Of a DNA stretch of 64,000 nucleotides, positions 1 to 12,730 are shown piece after piece; within the stretch, counting starts at the first letter, position 1, and every line of letters begins with the position of its first letter. Origin of the DNA: Octopus vulgaris (lineage: Eukaryota); contig OX597824.1 in assembly GCA_951406725.2 (NCBI GenBank), forward strand, positions 47,864,001 through 47,928,000, written 5' to 3'. Made by a program: the position numbers and the translations under genes. The notes beneath the pieces are model-generated. The model worked only from the letters and a program-made list of their open reading frames with translations. It ran no database searches and was not told the DNA's origin.

Positions 1-410
1 CTGCTAATGTTGACATTTTCAATGACAAGGCTGAATTTTATAACGCTGCCTTACTTAAAGCAGGTTATACAGATAAAGCTACCTACATTAATTCCATTCA
101 ATCTTATTCTACCTTTACTAATGGAGACATGAAATCTAGTTGTAAGGATATAAACGATATCAATTTTAATTTATACGCCAACACCAAACAGAGGAAAGGA
201 GATAACCCTTATTTAAACCCCTTTTTTCATTCTAAAGGTAAATTGATGTCTTTTAAAGATAGTTACACTAAAAATAAGGTAACTAATAGTAAAACTATTT
301 GGTTGATTATTCCTTATGGTAGGCAAATAAAATCTAATCTTCCGACAGCTGAAATTAAGTTCATGAGCAGACTGGCAGACAAGTTGGTATACTGCTGGAG
401 TTAATAAGTT
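1..410 (+). mobile_element. Penelope-like element fragment (RT C-terminal/linker region), degenerate
   Basis: Translates to ANVDIFNDKAEFYNAALLKAGYTDK...KTIWLIIPYGRQIKSNL, resembling the PLE 'IF..A..YN.AL..SGY...IWF.PP' segment also seen at 49892-50074. Confidence 0.55.
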
Positions 411-639
411 GTCCACACATCCTTTAAAGAAAAATGCTTACAGAGAAAAGAAATGAGTACAAAGCTACTGCTGTTGCTAATGCACAGAAACAATTGTTGT
501 CGATTGTGATTAAAGCCTGTTCATTCCATCTTGTTTTATAATTGTTTTCACGTGAATGCTGTGTACACTAATGGATTTTCACATGTACATCCAGTAAAAG
601 GAGTATTCCTGCTGTAAGATTGCATATGGTAGCTGATAA

Positions 640-1626
640 CATGATATTATCAAGTAACTACAGAAAACAGATTTAGCCCTCAGCGACATTCATGCCGATA
701 CTTTTGCTACATTAGGGTATGATACTCTAGTTTTATCAACAATGCAAAAGTGGGTAGCTGAGGGGAGCAGAGAGCCTTGAATATGACACATGGTCTGGAT
801 GTCCTGCAACTTACACCACTGAAGAAAACATTGTTCATGTTCACATGGTGATGGATAACAGGTGATTCACTATAAATCAAATAGCCAATGCTATTAGCAT
901 ATCCTGTGAGAGAGTTGAGAATATTCTGCACAATGAATGGGTGCCACATCTTCTGACACCTGATCAAAGGCACACCAGACTGATCACATCACGGGAAAAT
1001 CTGACATTGTTTGAGGCAGATCCAGCTGGTTTTCTTGAACGTTTCCTAACCCAGGATGAGTGTTGTGTTCATCATTTCAAGCCAGAGACAAAGAGACAAT
1101 CCAATCAGTGGAAACACCCTTCTCACTGGCATTAAAGAAGGCCAAGATTGTTTAATCTGTAGGGAAGGTGATGGCTTCAGTTTTTTGAGATGCAAAAGGA
1201 ATTGTATCTATTGTCGTCAAAGGGCTACACCATCAATGAACAACACCAACTTGCTGAGGTAGTTATGAAAGGCCATCAAGACCAAATACCCAAGAAACAG
1301 GACAATGCTCCATCACACAAATCCTTGCTTTCAATAGCTAAAGTGTGAGTGTGGCTTTCAACTGGTTGACCACCATCCCTATTCTCCTCAATTGGTCCCA
1401 TCTGACTATCATCTGTTCCTCAGCATGAAAAGTCACTTGGCTGGGAATTAGTACCATGACTTTTTAACAGAATGAAAGCTTCTTCACCAATGGGATCAAA
1501 GTACTGCAACACCAAAGGGAGAAGATTGAGGACTGCAAAGGGAACTATATTAAAAAATAAACCTCATTTGGTCACATTCGATTAAAGTATTTTTGTTAGC
1601 CTATGAACATTTCAGCTGACCCTCAT
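640..1626 (+). mobile_element. Degenerate mariner transposon
   Basis: Motifs WVPHLLT, FLTQDEC, QDNAPSH, HHPYSPQLVPSDYHLF with stops and frameshifts; right TIR-like end ...ttcagctgaccctcata; left end not located. Confidence 0.8.
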
Positions 1627-2899
1627 AATTCAGTCTTCAGCAGACAGTGAAAGTATATAATAAAAGCATATTTTACTAACTATGCATGTTGAATGCATAT
1701 AACATACTTCCAAGGATTAGGAGGAGGTAAGCAAAGAGTAAACAGAAGCCTTTTTTTGCCTTCTAACAAGATACTTATCTACACACACACACACAACTGA
1801 CCTAGAGATAGCAGGTGTGTTGTGAGTGGATTTGGTAAACAGAAACTGAACGAAACCCATTATGTATGTGTGTGAGTTCCCCATCACCATGTGACAACTG
1901 ATATTGGTGTTTATGTCCCTGTGACATAAACAGTTCAGCAAAAGAAACTGACAGAATAAGTACCAAGCTTAAAAAAATAAGATCTGGGGTCGGTTTGTTC
2001 AACTAAAACCTTTCAAGGCAGTGCCCCAGCATGGTCACAGTCAAATGATTGTCTCAAATACTTATGACAGAGACATTTTTACTGAGCAAATAATGAAGGA
2101 CATAAAAGAATAAAAGACGAAATAAAAATAATCAAATCTTAAGGAAGACTTACCCTTCCATTGAAGCCTGATGATGTAATTAATGTGTGAAGTGGTGTTG
2201 AGGGTGTTGAATAATTCACATTTATCCTCTGGAATGGTGAGAGGATGTCATTCAGGGAATTGGTATTTGGAGGCTTGTCAGTGGGCAGCTCTTCTACAAA
2301 AGAAGCTGAATATAAAAATATTTTTATATGTATGTGTATACATGCGTGTATGTGTATATACAAACATGACAACCTAAGGAGGTGTCTTCTACCCTAGACT
2401 AGCTGAAACCTTGTGAATAGATATAGAGGCAAGGAACTGAAAGAAGCCTGTTGTGTGTATATGTGTGGGTGTGTTAGTGTGTATAAGTATGCATGTGTGA
2501 GTGTGCATATGTGTGAGTGCACGTTTGAGTGTGTCAATGTGCATATGTACCCTTATTTAGACAACACTTGATAGTTATAAATGAGCATCATCATCATACA
2601 AGTGAGGTTGCTTATTTCCAATCTTCCATGAAAACTGTGCTTAGCTATGGGAAAATATTACCTTGCCTAGAAACAGGTGAGGATTGGCAACAGATGGGGC
2701 ATTCATTCATAGAAAATCTATCTCAACAAATTCTATCTGACCCATACAAGTATGGAAAAGTGGATTTTAAATGACGACTATAATATCACTAGCAGGACAC
2801 ACTGATTACAGAAATACCGTTATTTCCTGTACTGACTTTTTTATTATTAAGAGCACACATTGATATATAACAAAATTATAAAATAAATTGTAAACTAAC

Positions 2900-2974
2900 C
2901 TGATGGAGATTTTTCAGAAGACTTATTCTCTTGAAAACTATTTTCAGAAGAATTCTCTAAATCATAGGCTTCCA
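2900..2974 (-). CDS. NuMA-like coding exon 6 (Ser/Glu-rich linker)
   Basis: ttttccag|TGGAAG...TCAG|gttagt; phase 1-1; LEAYDLENSSENSFQENKSSEKSPS. Confidence 0.7.
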
Positions 2975-5900
2975 CTGGAAAATTTTAGATTGGCCAATTA
3001 GCAAGAAATCATGACATAGTGATATAAATCTGTATCACCAATAATTAGTTTCTGTCTCAATTGAAAGTGATCTGATTTAAGTATGCATAACATGGGTCAA
3101 GAACACAAGGAATGCTTTTATCCTTATATATTCCATCCAAACATAAAATTACACATTTGATAGTACTGTAACCCTAGATCAAAACTGGTCAAGTTGACCT
3201 GTGAGCAAAAGCATTCCATAATCAATGTCTTTTAGTTAGGTGTAGTGTAATCTAAAATTATATCATCGAATGTGATGGCTTTAAGCAAATGCGATGTGAT
3301 TTAAGAGAGAGTTGGATATTATTGCTAGTAGGCAAAGTGAGTGCACTGAAGCTTCCTAGTGTATGTAACTTATCAATTTCTATTACATGCAGTCTAGACA
3401 CCAAATTTTGAACTACAATGAGTTTACAAGAAATAACACATTGTGAATGGTAGTGTTATTTCTATATAGCCTTATTATCTTCTTCTCAACATTTTTATAC
3501 ATGTTTAACCCAATAGCATTCAGATTTCTCTGTCAAATGTAATGTTTATTTATTCACATTAATTTTGAATTAATCACACATTACCTTGTAGCTTTGAGAT
3601 TTTAGTGATGTGATTGTTTATTTTTAGAATAACATTGTAAGGTAAGTGTGATAGGCCAGAGCTGGCCAGTTTGAGGATAAAACAGAGCTGAATACTGAAG
3701 GGTTAAACAAGTGAACAGCATATCTACAACTCAATTGTAACACACTAAGAATACAGCTAAAGGTTAGTTATGAGGCTCTGAAAACTTTAACAATGTACAG
3801 ATGGATCAGCTTATTTGGGAATTAAAGTTATTACAGTCCCAACAACAATATTATAGACAGAATATGCAGGAAACAGCAACTACAGGAAGTTTACATGAAA
3901 TTCAATGTTCTATGTGTTGTACTAAGAAATGTGCATCTGTAATAAAGAAAATTAAAGAAGCTGATAGATATGTTGGAAATTAGATATTTACAAATCTTCG
4001 TTATTATTTCTTGTCATGTAGTCATGGAAATCCTTTCTGAGTTCCTGGCCATTCCATCAAAGTAGAAGAATGGACTAAGTCTAGATTAAGAATTGTTATG
4101 ATGGAAGATACTGTACAAACTATAGAACTTGAGCTAAAAATGTGAAAGGTATAATTACTTACAAGATTTATTTATTAGGATATTATCTAAATGAAGATCA
4201 GATGAAACAACATGAAGATCAGATGAAACAACATTCAAAATTTCTTTCAAGATGCCCATTATCTCTAACTGTGACCGCTCATTCAATGAGAGAGCTGCAT
4301 TCATGAAGACTTCCCGAGTTTCCCCTTCCACCCCAACTGCCAATATAAGTACAGCAATCTAAAAGAAACCAATTAGAGAATACAATCAACTTTGATTTAA
4401 CAGCATTCAATAAATAAATAGACAGAGAGATAGAAAGATAGAAAAAAAAAACAAAGAAAAGTGGGATGAATACCTCAAAATCTATTGGTGAAAACCGAAA
4501 TCATCATTGTCAAATTGAAAGTAAACAAAATATAATATAAAAGCATTTTAACACTTTTCCATTGCTTTTGTTACAATTAATTTTGAAAATGAAGAAGACT
4601 TAAGTAAAATAACTTTGTCATCATTATTAAGATAGTGTTTGGAATGTAAATTAGCATGAAATTTTGATGGAAGATTTGAATTTAGATCACATCAGAACAG
4701 GAAGTTTGTATTGTAGAACCAAAGGCAGTCTCAGGCAGATCGGTATCAACAGGGTTAAGGTCATTTCTTTTTTTTCTGGTTAAGACAAGGGTTAGCTTTG
4801 TAGGCCCTGCGACAGTTTCCTTCATTTTGCCCTTCCCACTATATCATCTTCCACCAACATCAGACCTTTTCTTCCACATTCATTTCAATTATTCCTCACA
4901 CCCAGCCACATTCATCCTTTCTTGGCTCATGGGGAGTAAATGTTCATCATTGGATAAAAATCAATATTTACAGTATGATATGGTTTCATTTATTGGGAAC
5001 TGATTCAAATTCAAAACAAATCATACCAATATGAGACAATAATTAAGAAACAAAAAGGAATCCAGCATGGTGAATATACAAACATATTGAATGTTGATGG
5101 CAAAAAACCCATAATGGAGAGGAATTGAGAAGGGACATTATTTGAATAAACTACAAAGACAATTCCTGAGGATAAAAAATTATCAGTTGGAATGTTCTTG
5201 TTAAGCAAATAAAATAATACATTAAAGTTGTCATTTTAAATCACACATTTGGACAAAAAACATACATACACACAATACGAACAAAAATGACATCTGTACA
5301 CAACCTACCTTGGCAAGATCCAGTTCATTATCTCTGTCCAAATTGACTTGTTCAATAAGACTATGATGATAGTTATCTAGGAAAAAGATTTATAATTTCT
5401 TAGTTATGCTAGCAAGAGTTAAAATGTAAAGGAAGAATTAAAAGATTACCATTTAACATTATTAACTAAAGGCATTCAAACCTTTTAACATTCAGATTAC
5501 TTTGTCAACTGTAATGCTTATTTATTCACATTATTTTGAATAAATCATGCATTATCTTGTAGCTTTGAAATTTTGATGATGTGATTGTTCATTGTAGAAT
5601 TACATTGTAGGATAGGTGTAAGAGGCTAAATCTGGCCAGTTTGAACATAAAATATTTGGCCTGATATGGCTGGTTTAAATGCTAAATCTCATTATGTTCA
5701 TTTTTACCACTTTTCTTCAGTTTCTTCACTGATGTGCATACAAAGAAAACAAACTAGAACAACAATGAAGTAATAATATCATAAAACATATAGTAAAACA
5801 ACATACCCTCAATAAACTTTTGTATAATTTCAAAACGTTCTTTCTTTGTGTTCGCATCATAAGAATGGTCTTTTCTATATATATAAAAAAAAGAAAGAAA

Positions 5901-8900
5901 TAAGAACAAGTATGGATTATATTTTAGAATAAAGCACTGTTAGCTTATCTTTATTTTCATCAACTTTGAAATCTTCTGAAAGCAATAACTGACTGAAAGA
6001 AAAAATATATGTTTAATGTACTATGGTTGAACCAGAATTACCTATTATATATACAACCTGTCAGAAGCGTTAGCATGCTTTACGAAATACTTAGCAGTAT
6101 TTTTCCCATCGCTACGTTCTGAGTTCAAATTCTGCTGAGGTCAACATTGCTTTTCATCCTTTTGGAGTCAACAAATTAAATACCAGTTGCGTACTGGGGT
6201 CATTCTAATCGACTGGCCTCCTCCCACCAAATTTCAGGCCTTGTGCCTTTAGTAGAAAGGATTATATATACAACATGTAATAAGAACCAGAGCCTTCTAA
6301 AGCCTTCTCCAGTTCTGCATGGTGAGTTGAACTTAGTGCTACAAGTCAATAATACTATAACTTTTAAATACAACAATGACTTAGTGGCAACTTGTTCCTC
6401 CTCTGTAATATCTAATTACAGACAGGCATGCTAGACTGCTTAAGAACAAAGTGCTTCAAGTATTTCTGTGCAAGGTACGTAACTCTGCCTCAGTTTGTTT
6501 GCCTGACAAGTACCACTCTTGTTTCATGGCTAAGTAATTAGTAATAATGAAGCAGTTAAATTTAACATAAGGAAAAATATTAAAAAATACAATTTATTAT
6601 AAATATTTTTTTTTGTATGATGATAGATCTGTTTATATAAATAAACAAATGAAAAACTATATTAATAAAAAGTACTTACATCTTGTTCAATAAAGCAACA
6701 AACTGCTCCCCTTCTCTCAAATCATAGAGTGATTCTATGACAAGGTGAGGGTTTAATTTGTTCAGCTGGAAAGGAAGAGTGAAAGTTAATTTCTAAAGAT
6801 GTACATGAGATTAAATTCTTTTAATAATATCGAGGTCGAGGTGGTGAAGCACGACCTTTGAACTTTAGGTCTCACCAAGAAAATGACCAGAGACCGAGAC
6901 CTTTGGAAGTATGCTGTGCGTGAGAAAACCCGGCAAGACCAGTGAGAACAGTCAAAATCAAACCAAATCAATTCATATATCAGAAAGCAGAACCAAATTG
7001 AGGTCGATCAACATCAGTGGGAATTGCAGCTGTGGTTAAGCGAACCATCCGATCGTGATCGTTGCCGGCGCCGCCCCGTCTAGCCTCCGTGTCGGTGGCA
7101 CGTAAAAGCACCATCCGTTCGTGTTCGTTGCCAGCCTCGCCTGGCCCCCGTGCAGGTGACACGTAAAAGCACCATCCGTTCGTGTCTGTTTGCCAGCTCT
7201 GTCTGGCCCCCGTGTCGGTGGCACGTAAAAGCACCATCCGTTTCGTGTCCGTTGCCAGCCTCGCCTGGCCCCCATGCCGGTGACACGTAAAAGCACCATC
7301 CGTTTGTGTCCGTTGCCAGCCTCGCCTGGCCCCCGTGCCGGTGACACGTAAAAGCACCATCCGTTCGTGGCCATTTGCCAGCTCTGTCTGGCACCTGTGC
7401 GGGTGGCACGTAAAAAGTACCCACTACACTCACGGAGTGGTTGGCGTTAGGAAGGGCATCCAGCCGTAGAAACACTGCCAGATCTGACTGGGCCTGATGA
7501 AGCCTTCCAGCTTCACAGACCCCAGTTGAACCGTCCAACCCATGCTAGCATGGAAAACGGACGCTAAATGATGATGATGATGATGATGAATATATCTAAA
7601 CTCTGCAATACCTCAAAATCGTGTAAGACAAATGACAGTATAATTTAGAGATTTAATATCCAATCCAAGGAGATCTCCTAGTAAGATAGTGTCATTTAAG
7701 GAGACATATTCATCATCATCATCATTTCACTGGGTTGGCATGCTGGAAAGCTGCAGTCTATATTTGGCATGGTTTTCTATGGTTAGATGCCCTTCCTAAT
7801 GCCAACCACTCCAAAGCTCTACCTGCGACGATTTCATCTCAATCGAAGGAGAGGAGCTTTCTCCATCCGGGTTGCGGATCCGTGGAACAAGCTGCCAGAC
7901 GAGATGGTGAAGATGCCGACGACCGCTTTGTTCAAAGCCTCCCTGGACCTCAAGTGGCCTGAACTCTTTACATGAACACCACCCTGTACTTAACTCCATG
8001 TCCCCCTACATGGCCTTGCTATTTGCTTTTGAGCCAAATTAACTAACTAACTAACTAACTAACTAAGAGTGTAATGGGTGCTTTTACATGCCACCAGTAC
8101 AGTGCCATTTGTGTGACACCAGGGTGCTTTTACATGCCACCAGCACGAGTGCCAATTTACATGACACCGGGGTGGTTTTACATGCCACCAGCATGTGTGC
8201 CAATTTGTGTGACACCGGTATTTGCCTTGACTGATTTTGCTTGGCTTGAAGGGTTTTCTCATGCACAATGCAATGCCAAAGGTCTCTGTCACTGCCTCCA
8301 TAAGACCCAACACTCGAAAGGAACTCAGCCACTTTGCCTCCGTGAGGCCCACCGCTTGAAAGGAACTCAGCCACTTTGCCTCTGTGAAACCTACCACTTG
8401 AAAGGAACCTGACCACTTTGCCTCCATGAGGCCCAACGCTTGGAAGGTGTTCTTTACATGCTACCAGCACGGGTACATTTGGCTTGACGGGTCCTCTCAA
8501 GTACAGCATCTTACCAAAAGTCTTGGTCATTAGTCATTGCCCCTGTGAAGCTCAAAGTTTGAAGATAGTGCTTCACCACCTCGTTCCAGGTCTTCCTGGG
8601 TCTACCTCTACCACAGGTTCCCTCCATAGAGATAGGCACTTCTTTACACAGCTGACCTCGTCCATACGCATCACATGACCAGTCATCTCTCTTGCACATC
8701 ACATCTGATGCCTCTTATGTCTAACTTTTCTCTCAAGATGCTTATGCTATGTCAAACATGCACACTGACTTTGCACATCCAGCAAAGCATACCAGCTTCA
8801 TTTCTTTCAAGCCTACGTATGTCCTTGGTTGTCAGCCCATGTTTCACTGCCAAGCAGTATAGCTGATTGTACACAGACATCAAATAATTTGTCTTTCACT

Positions 8901-9404
8901 CTGAAAGAGAGGCCCTTTGTTGCCAGCAGGTTTAGGAGCTCTCTGAAATTTGCCCAGCCTAATCTTATTCTCACAGCTACACTCTTAGAGCATCCACTTC
9001 CACTACTAACTTGGTCACCTAGATAACGGAAGCTATCTACTACCTCTAGTTTGCCCTGCTGGCAGTTGATGGAGTCAATTTTCTGCACATTTTCAGCATT
9101 TATTGTACCTGTGCATCTTCCACATACAAAAGCTAGTTTCCCCTCTTAACCTTCCTCTGATTTTGCTGCACCTTTTATGTGTCCAAAGCTTACACTGGGT
9201 GCATCTTATGGAGTTTCTACCTACACCTTTTCTACATATTGAGCAGGGCCATTTACCTGAAGCACTTTGAAGAATTTTTAGTCGAATGTATTGCCTCAAT
9301 ACTTATTTTTATAAAGCCCAGAACTTATTCTATCAATCTATTTTTCTGAACCATTAAGTTACAGGGATGTAAATACACCAAGCAGTAGTGGTAGTGATAA
9401 AAAG

Positions 9405-9435
<31 letters not shown>

Positions 9436-11270
9436 GAGTCAAGTACGTCAACACCAACATGAAAATAAAAATCAAATGGAAATTAGAGTTAAGATACCTG
9501 TACCGGTGGCACGTAAAAAGCACCATCCGAACGTGGCTATTGAGTCAAGTACATCAACACTAACATCAAAATAAAAATCAAATGGAAATTGTTATTAAGA
9601 TACCTGTGCCGGTGGCACGTAAAAAGCACCATCCAAACGTGGCTGATGCCAGCGCCACCTGACTGGCATCCGTGTTGGTGACACATAAAAATCACCAACC
9701 AATTGTAGCTGTTTGCCAGCCTCCTCTAGCCCCTGTGCCAGTGGCACGTAAAAAGCACCCACTACACTCATGAAGTGGTTGGCGTTAGGAAGGGCATCCA
9801 GCTGTAGAAACACTGCCAGATCAGACTGGAGCAGCCTCCTGGCTTCCCAGAACCCAGTCGGACCATCCAACCCATGCTGGCATGGAAAACGGACATTAAA
9901 CGATGATGATGATGATATATACACACACACACACATGACAGGCCTCCTTTAGTTTCTGTCAACCAAATCCACTCAAAAGGATTTCATTGGCCTGAAGCTA
10001 TAGTAGAAGGCACTCACTCAAGGTGTCACACATGGATAGTCTGACAGGAGCTGGCTAGGCAGAAATCTGCACCAGGCTTCAGTGTTTGTTTTGGCATGGT
10101 TTTTAGGGCTAGATACCAAAACAGATATGTAATTGTAAAAAAAAAACTAGCTTTGCAAGAATGTCTATAACATATCATGAGCATAAAAATGGTATGCTTA
10201 ATTTAAATAGCTATTTGTGAAAAGATCCCTTTGTCAGAAAAGAAATGAGGTGAATACTTCTCTGATGAATTGTAAACAAACTGTGAAATCCATTGGAACA
10301 CATGCCTACATTTTGATGTGTATGAAAAGAATAACAGCTTAAAAACTGCAGTTTAAATACTTTAATTGTATCTTAGGTTTTCTAAACCATGTAATGTTGT
10401 GTGTAAATATTAATTATTTAGTATGAAAATTAAATCCTTACAACTAAGTTATAATTTGTGTTTAATTTAAAAAAGCTATTTGTGATAAGACCTCTTTGTG
10501 AGCAGAGGAATAAGCTGTCAACAAACCATGAAACATGTCAAGACAATCTCCATGTTTTTGTGTATGAAGAGAAAGTCAAGTTGCATCTATTTAATGTTTA
10601 CTGACTGTGAACTGCACAGCACCTTGGGTAAAAGCTTTTCACCATAGCCCCAGGCTGACCAAAGCCTTGTGAGTGGATTTGCTAGGTGGAGACTGAAAGA
10701 AGCTTAGCATGTGTGTGTATGTCATGTCTCCTTGTCTTGACAGCTTGTGCTAACTATAAACAAGCACCATTGTCATGTAAGCAGGGTTGTTCATTTCCAG
10801 GTATTCATGTAAAACATGTATGGCCATGATTGTCCAGCTTGTTAGATTTACAACTGGTTTGGTTTCTTCACAGTTGAGAAGTTAACAGAAGAGGCATCCT
10901 GCTATAAAATAACTCATCCAACAAAACCGATCTGCCCTGCAAGCTGCAGCACCTCACTAGTGCTGGTGGCACAAAAAGATTAAAAAAATTTAAAAAAACA
11001 TCCAGTATATGCTGTAAAGTGGTTGGTGTTAGGAAGGGCATCCAGCCATATAAACCATGCCAAAACAAACACTGGAGCAGGATGCAGTCCTTGGACTATT
11101 GGAACTTGTCAACCCATGCCAACATGGAATATGGACATTAACTGATGATGATAACATGAGTATAGCATTTTAACTGCTATGGCATCTTTTCAATAACAGA
11201 GATTAAAATAAGCATAATCATAAAGTCTACTCACCCACTGGATTAATGTATCTTTCTTGCTAAGATCCAT
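2900..11270 (-). CDS. NUMA1: NuMA-like protein (N-terminal CH/Hook-type domain), 5' part of a multi-exon gene; coding exons 11270-11235, 6765-6680, 5874-5807, 5376-5309, 4358-4163, 2974-2900; continues left of the window
   Basis: Six GT-AG exons join in frame (phases 0,2,1,0,1,1): MDLSKKDTLIQW|LNKLNPHLVIESLYDLREGEQFVALLNKI|KDHSYDANTKKERFEIIQKFIED|NYHHSLIEQVNLDRDNELDLAK|IAVLILAVGVEGETREVFMNAALSLNERSQLEIMGILKEIL... This resembles the NuMA N-terminus (LLSWVN, ELELAK); Hook/Girdin family is the alternative. Confidence 0.65.
3505..3706. mobile_element. piggyBac-like MITE family; related copies ~5475-5690, 12190-12418, 44041-44367, 45862-46079
   Basis: ttaaccc...gggttaa ends with TTAA; shared internal sequence between copies. 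Confidence 0.7.
4163..4358 (-). CDS. NuMA-like coding exon 5
   Basis: cttttag|ATTGCT...TCTT|gtaagt; overlaps ORF 4155..4343. Confidence 0.85.
5309..5376 (-). CDS. NuMA-like coding exon 4
   Basis: ttcctag|ATAAC...GCCAAG|gtaggt; phase 1-0; ends ELDLAK. Confidence 0.85.
5807..5874 (-). CDS. NuMA-like coding exon 3
   Basis: Polypyrimidine tract + tatag|AAAA...GAGG|gtatgt; phase 2-1 fits neighbours. Confidence 0.8.
6680..6765 (-). CDS. NuMA-like coding exon 2 (86 nt)
   Basis: tttccag|CTG...AAGAT|gtaagt; open frame with CH-type motif LYDLREG. Confidence 0.85.
6830..7588 (+). mobile_element. RTE-clade LINE 3' end with a ~60-bp tandem array in the 3' UTR and an (ATG)n tail
   Basis: ORF end EVVKHDL*TLGLTKKMTRDRDLWKYAVREKTRQDQ matches ORF 63421..63885; about 6 units containing ggtggcacgtaaaagcaccatcc. 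Confidence 0.85.
7710..9270 (-). mobile_element. Degenerate RTE-clade LINE (RT C-terminus and 3' UTR) interrupted by a CR1 3' end
   Basis: WPCSICRKGVGRNSIRC, LEVVDSFRYLGD, LLGSETWA, GRGRPRKTW; (cat)n tail at ~7710. Confidence 0.85.
7815..8064 (+). mobile_element. CR1-clade LINE 3' fragment with (AACT)n tail
   Basis: RRGAFSIRVADPWNKLPDEMV...FKASLD is a CR1-type ORF2 C-terminus; (aact)n at ~8040-8064. Confidence 0.8.
9437..9915 (+). mobile_element. RTE 3' UTR-derived repeat; related copies ~10870-11150, 11801-11980, 36182-36415, 48180-48630, 48700-49390, 51850-52300
   Basis: Shared core ggttggcgttaggaagggcatccagc and (atg)n tail. Confidence 0.8.
11235..11270 (-). CDS. NuMA-like first coding exon (MDLSKKDTLIQW)
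   Basis: Acceptor ttctgtag before 11278, ATG at 11270, donor TGG|gtgagt. Confidence 0.75.
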
Positions 11271-12730
11271 TATGTATTCTACAGAAATAAACAAAATTCA
11301 CAAGGAAATTTATCATTTTGATATAAACACATTTAGTGATTACATTTAAATAGGGTCATAAAGTTCATACATTCAAGTAAAGAAAACATTATTTTTTGCC
11401 AAAGTTCTCAATAGAAAGCAGCTGCGAGTAAATAGAAGGGATGGTCTCTTATGGATCTGACTTGATGTAAAACCTTTAAGGTGGTTGTTAATGGGAGTGA
11501 AAAACATGTAATAACAGAGTTTAATGTGAGGATGAAGTTTAATGAAGGCATGTGGTGTTTTAGTCAAAGGTCACCAAACGTAAAGACAGTCACCAGTTAT
11601 ATAGACAAAATTTAATGCAATAATGTACAGGAGAAATGTAACAGGCTAAAAATGTCAGCAAATCATCAAACAGAATGAAGTTTTATGATACAGTTATAAT
11701 GATGGAGTTTAATGTGAAGATGTATCAGAGAAATGAACAAAGAACAATATTTGCTTGATTATTTATACGATCATTTATTAAGTTGATTATAATATTTATC
11801 ACCATCATCATCATTTAACGTCCACTTTCTATGCTGGCATGGATGGTTTGACTGAGGACTGGTGAGCCAGAAGGCTGCACCAGGCTCCAATCTGATCTGG
11901 CAAAGTTTCTACAGCTGGATGCCCTTCCTAATGCCAACCACTCCAAGAGTATAGTGGGTGCTTTTATATGCCACCAGCATGAGTTGTTACAATAAATATG
12001 ATATATACAACTTTGAGTTTGTGTGTACACAGTTTGTTTGTCAATAGAGTAATATATTTATCTCTGGTTCTTTGGTTCATTGTGTATGTTAGTAGTTTAG
12101 TTTCATCTCTGTGACTGCTAGGGAGAAAGAGTAAAATAATCAAAGCAAAATGATACAGTAAGATTCTGTAGCTGTTTGTAAGAGAGATATTTAACCCTTT
12201 AGCGTTCAGATTAATATGTCAACAGTAATCCTTATTCATTCACATTTTAAAAAATTAATCTGGTATTATCTTGTAACTTCAAGATTTGAAAGATGCAATT
12301 GTTTATTTTTAGAATGACATTGCAGGGTAGGTGTGAGATGCTGGTTCTGGCCAGTTTGAGCATTAAATGGTTGGAATATTTGGGCCAGATACAGCCAGTT
12401 TAAACACTAAATGGTTAATGTATTGTAAGAAGTGGTTGTTTACAGGTGATTCAATCATATTAGATGTGCTGAATGGGAGATTTGTCATGGCAAGACATAG
12501 CACAGTGGATCAGTAGAATCATTACAGTGTTGGACAAAACTCCTTGCAGTATTTGGGAGTGAGAGGACCTGGATGCTTAAAGCTGTAAACCTAGTAGGGA
12601 AGATAGGAAAGGAGAAATGGGTAAAATAAGTAGATTAACGTGTAGTTTGGTAGTGATGAATATGAAGGTAGTTGACAGTCAACTAGTTCAAAGGCAATCG
12701 TGGTAACAATGGAAGAGAGTGGGGTGTAGT

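Noticed and set aside
6375-6450. HDV-like ribozyme appearance (ttgttc-ctcctc...gcttaa-gaacaa)
   Set aside because: I could not build P1, P1.1 and P3 pairings by eye; more likely part of an old repeat
7040-7420. CRISPR-like regularly spaced repeats
   Set aside because: The spacers are homologous to each other, the array lies in a LINE 3' UTR, the DNA is eukaryotic and there are no cas genes
6980-7538. Overlapping repetitive ORFs in three minus-strand frames
   Set aside because: By-products of a GC-rich tandem array; no coding signature
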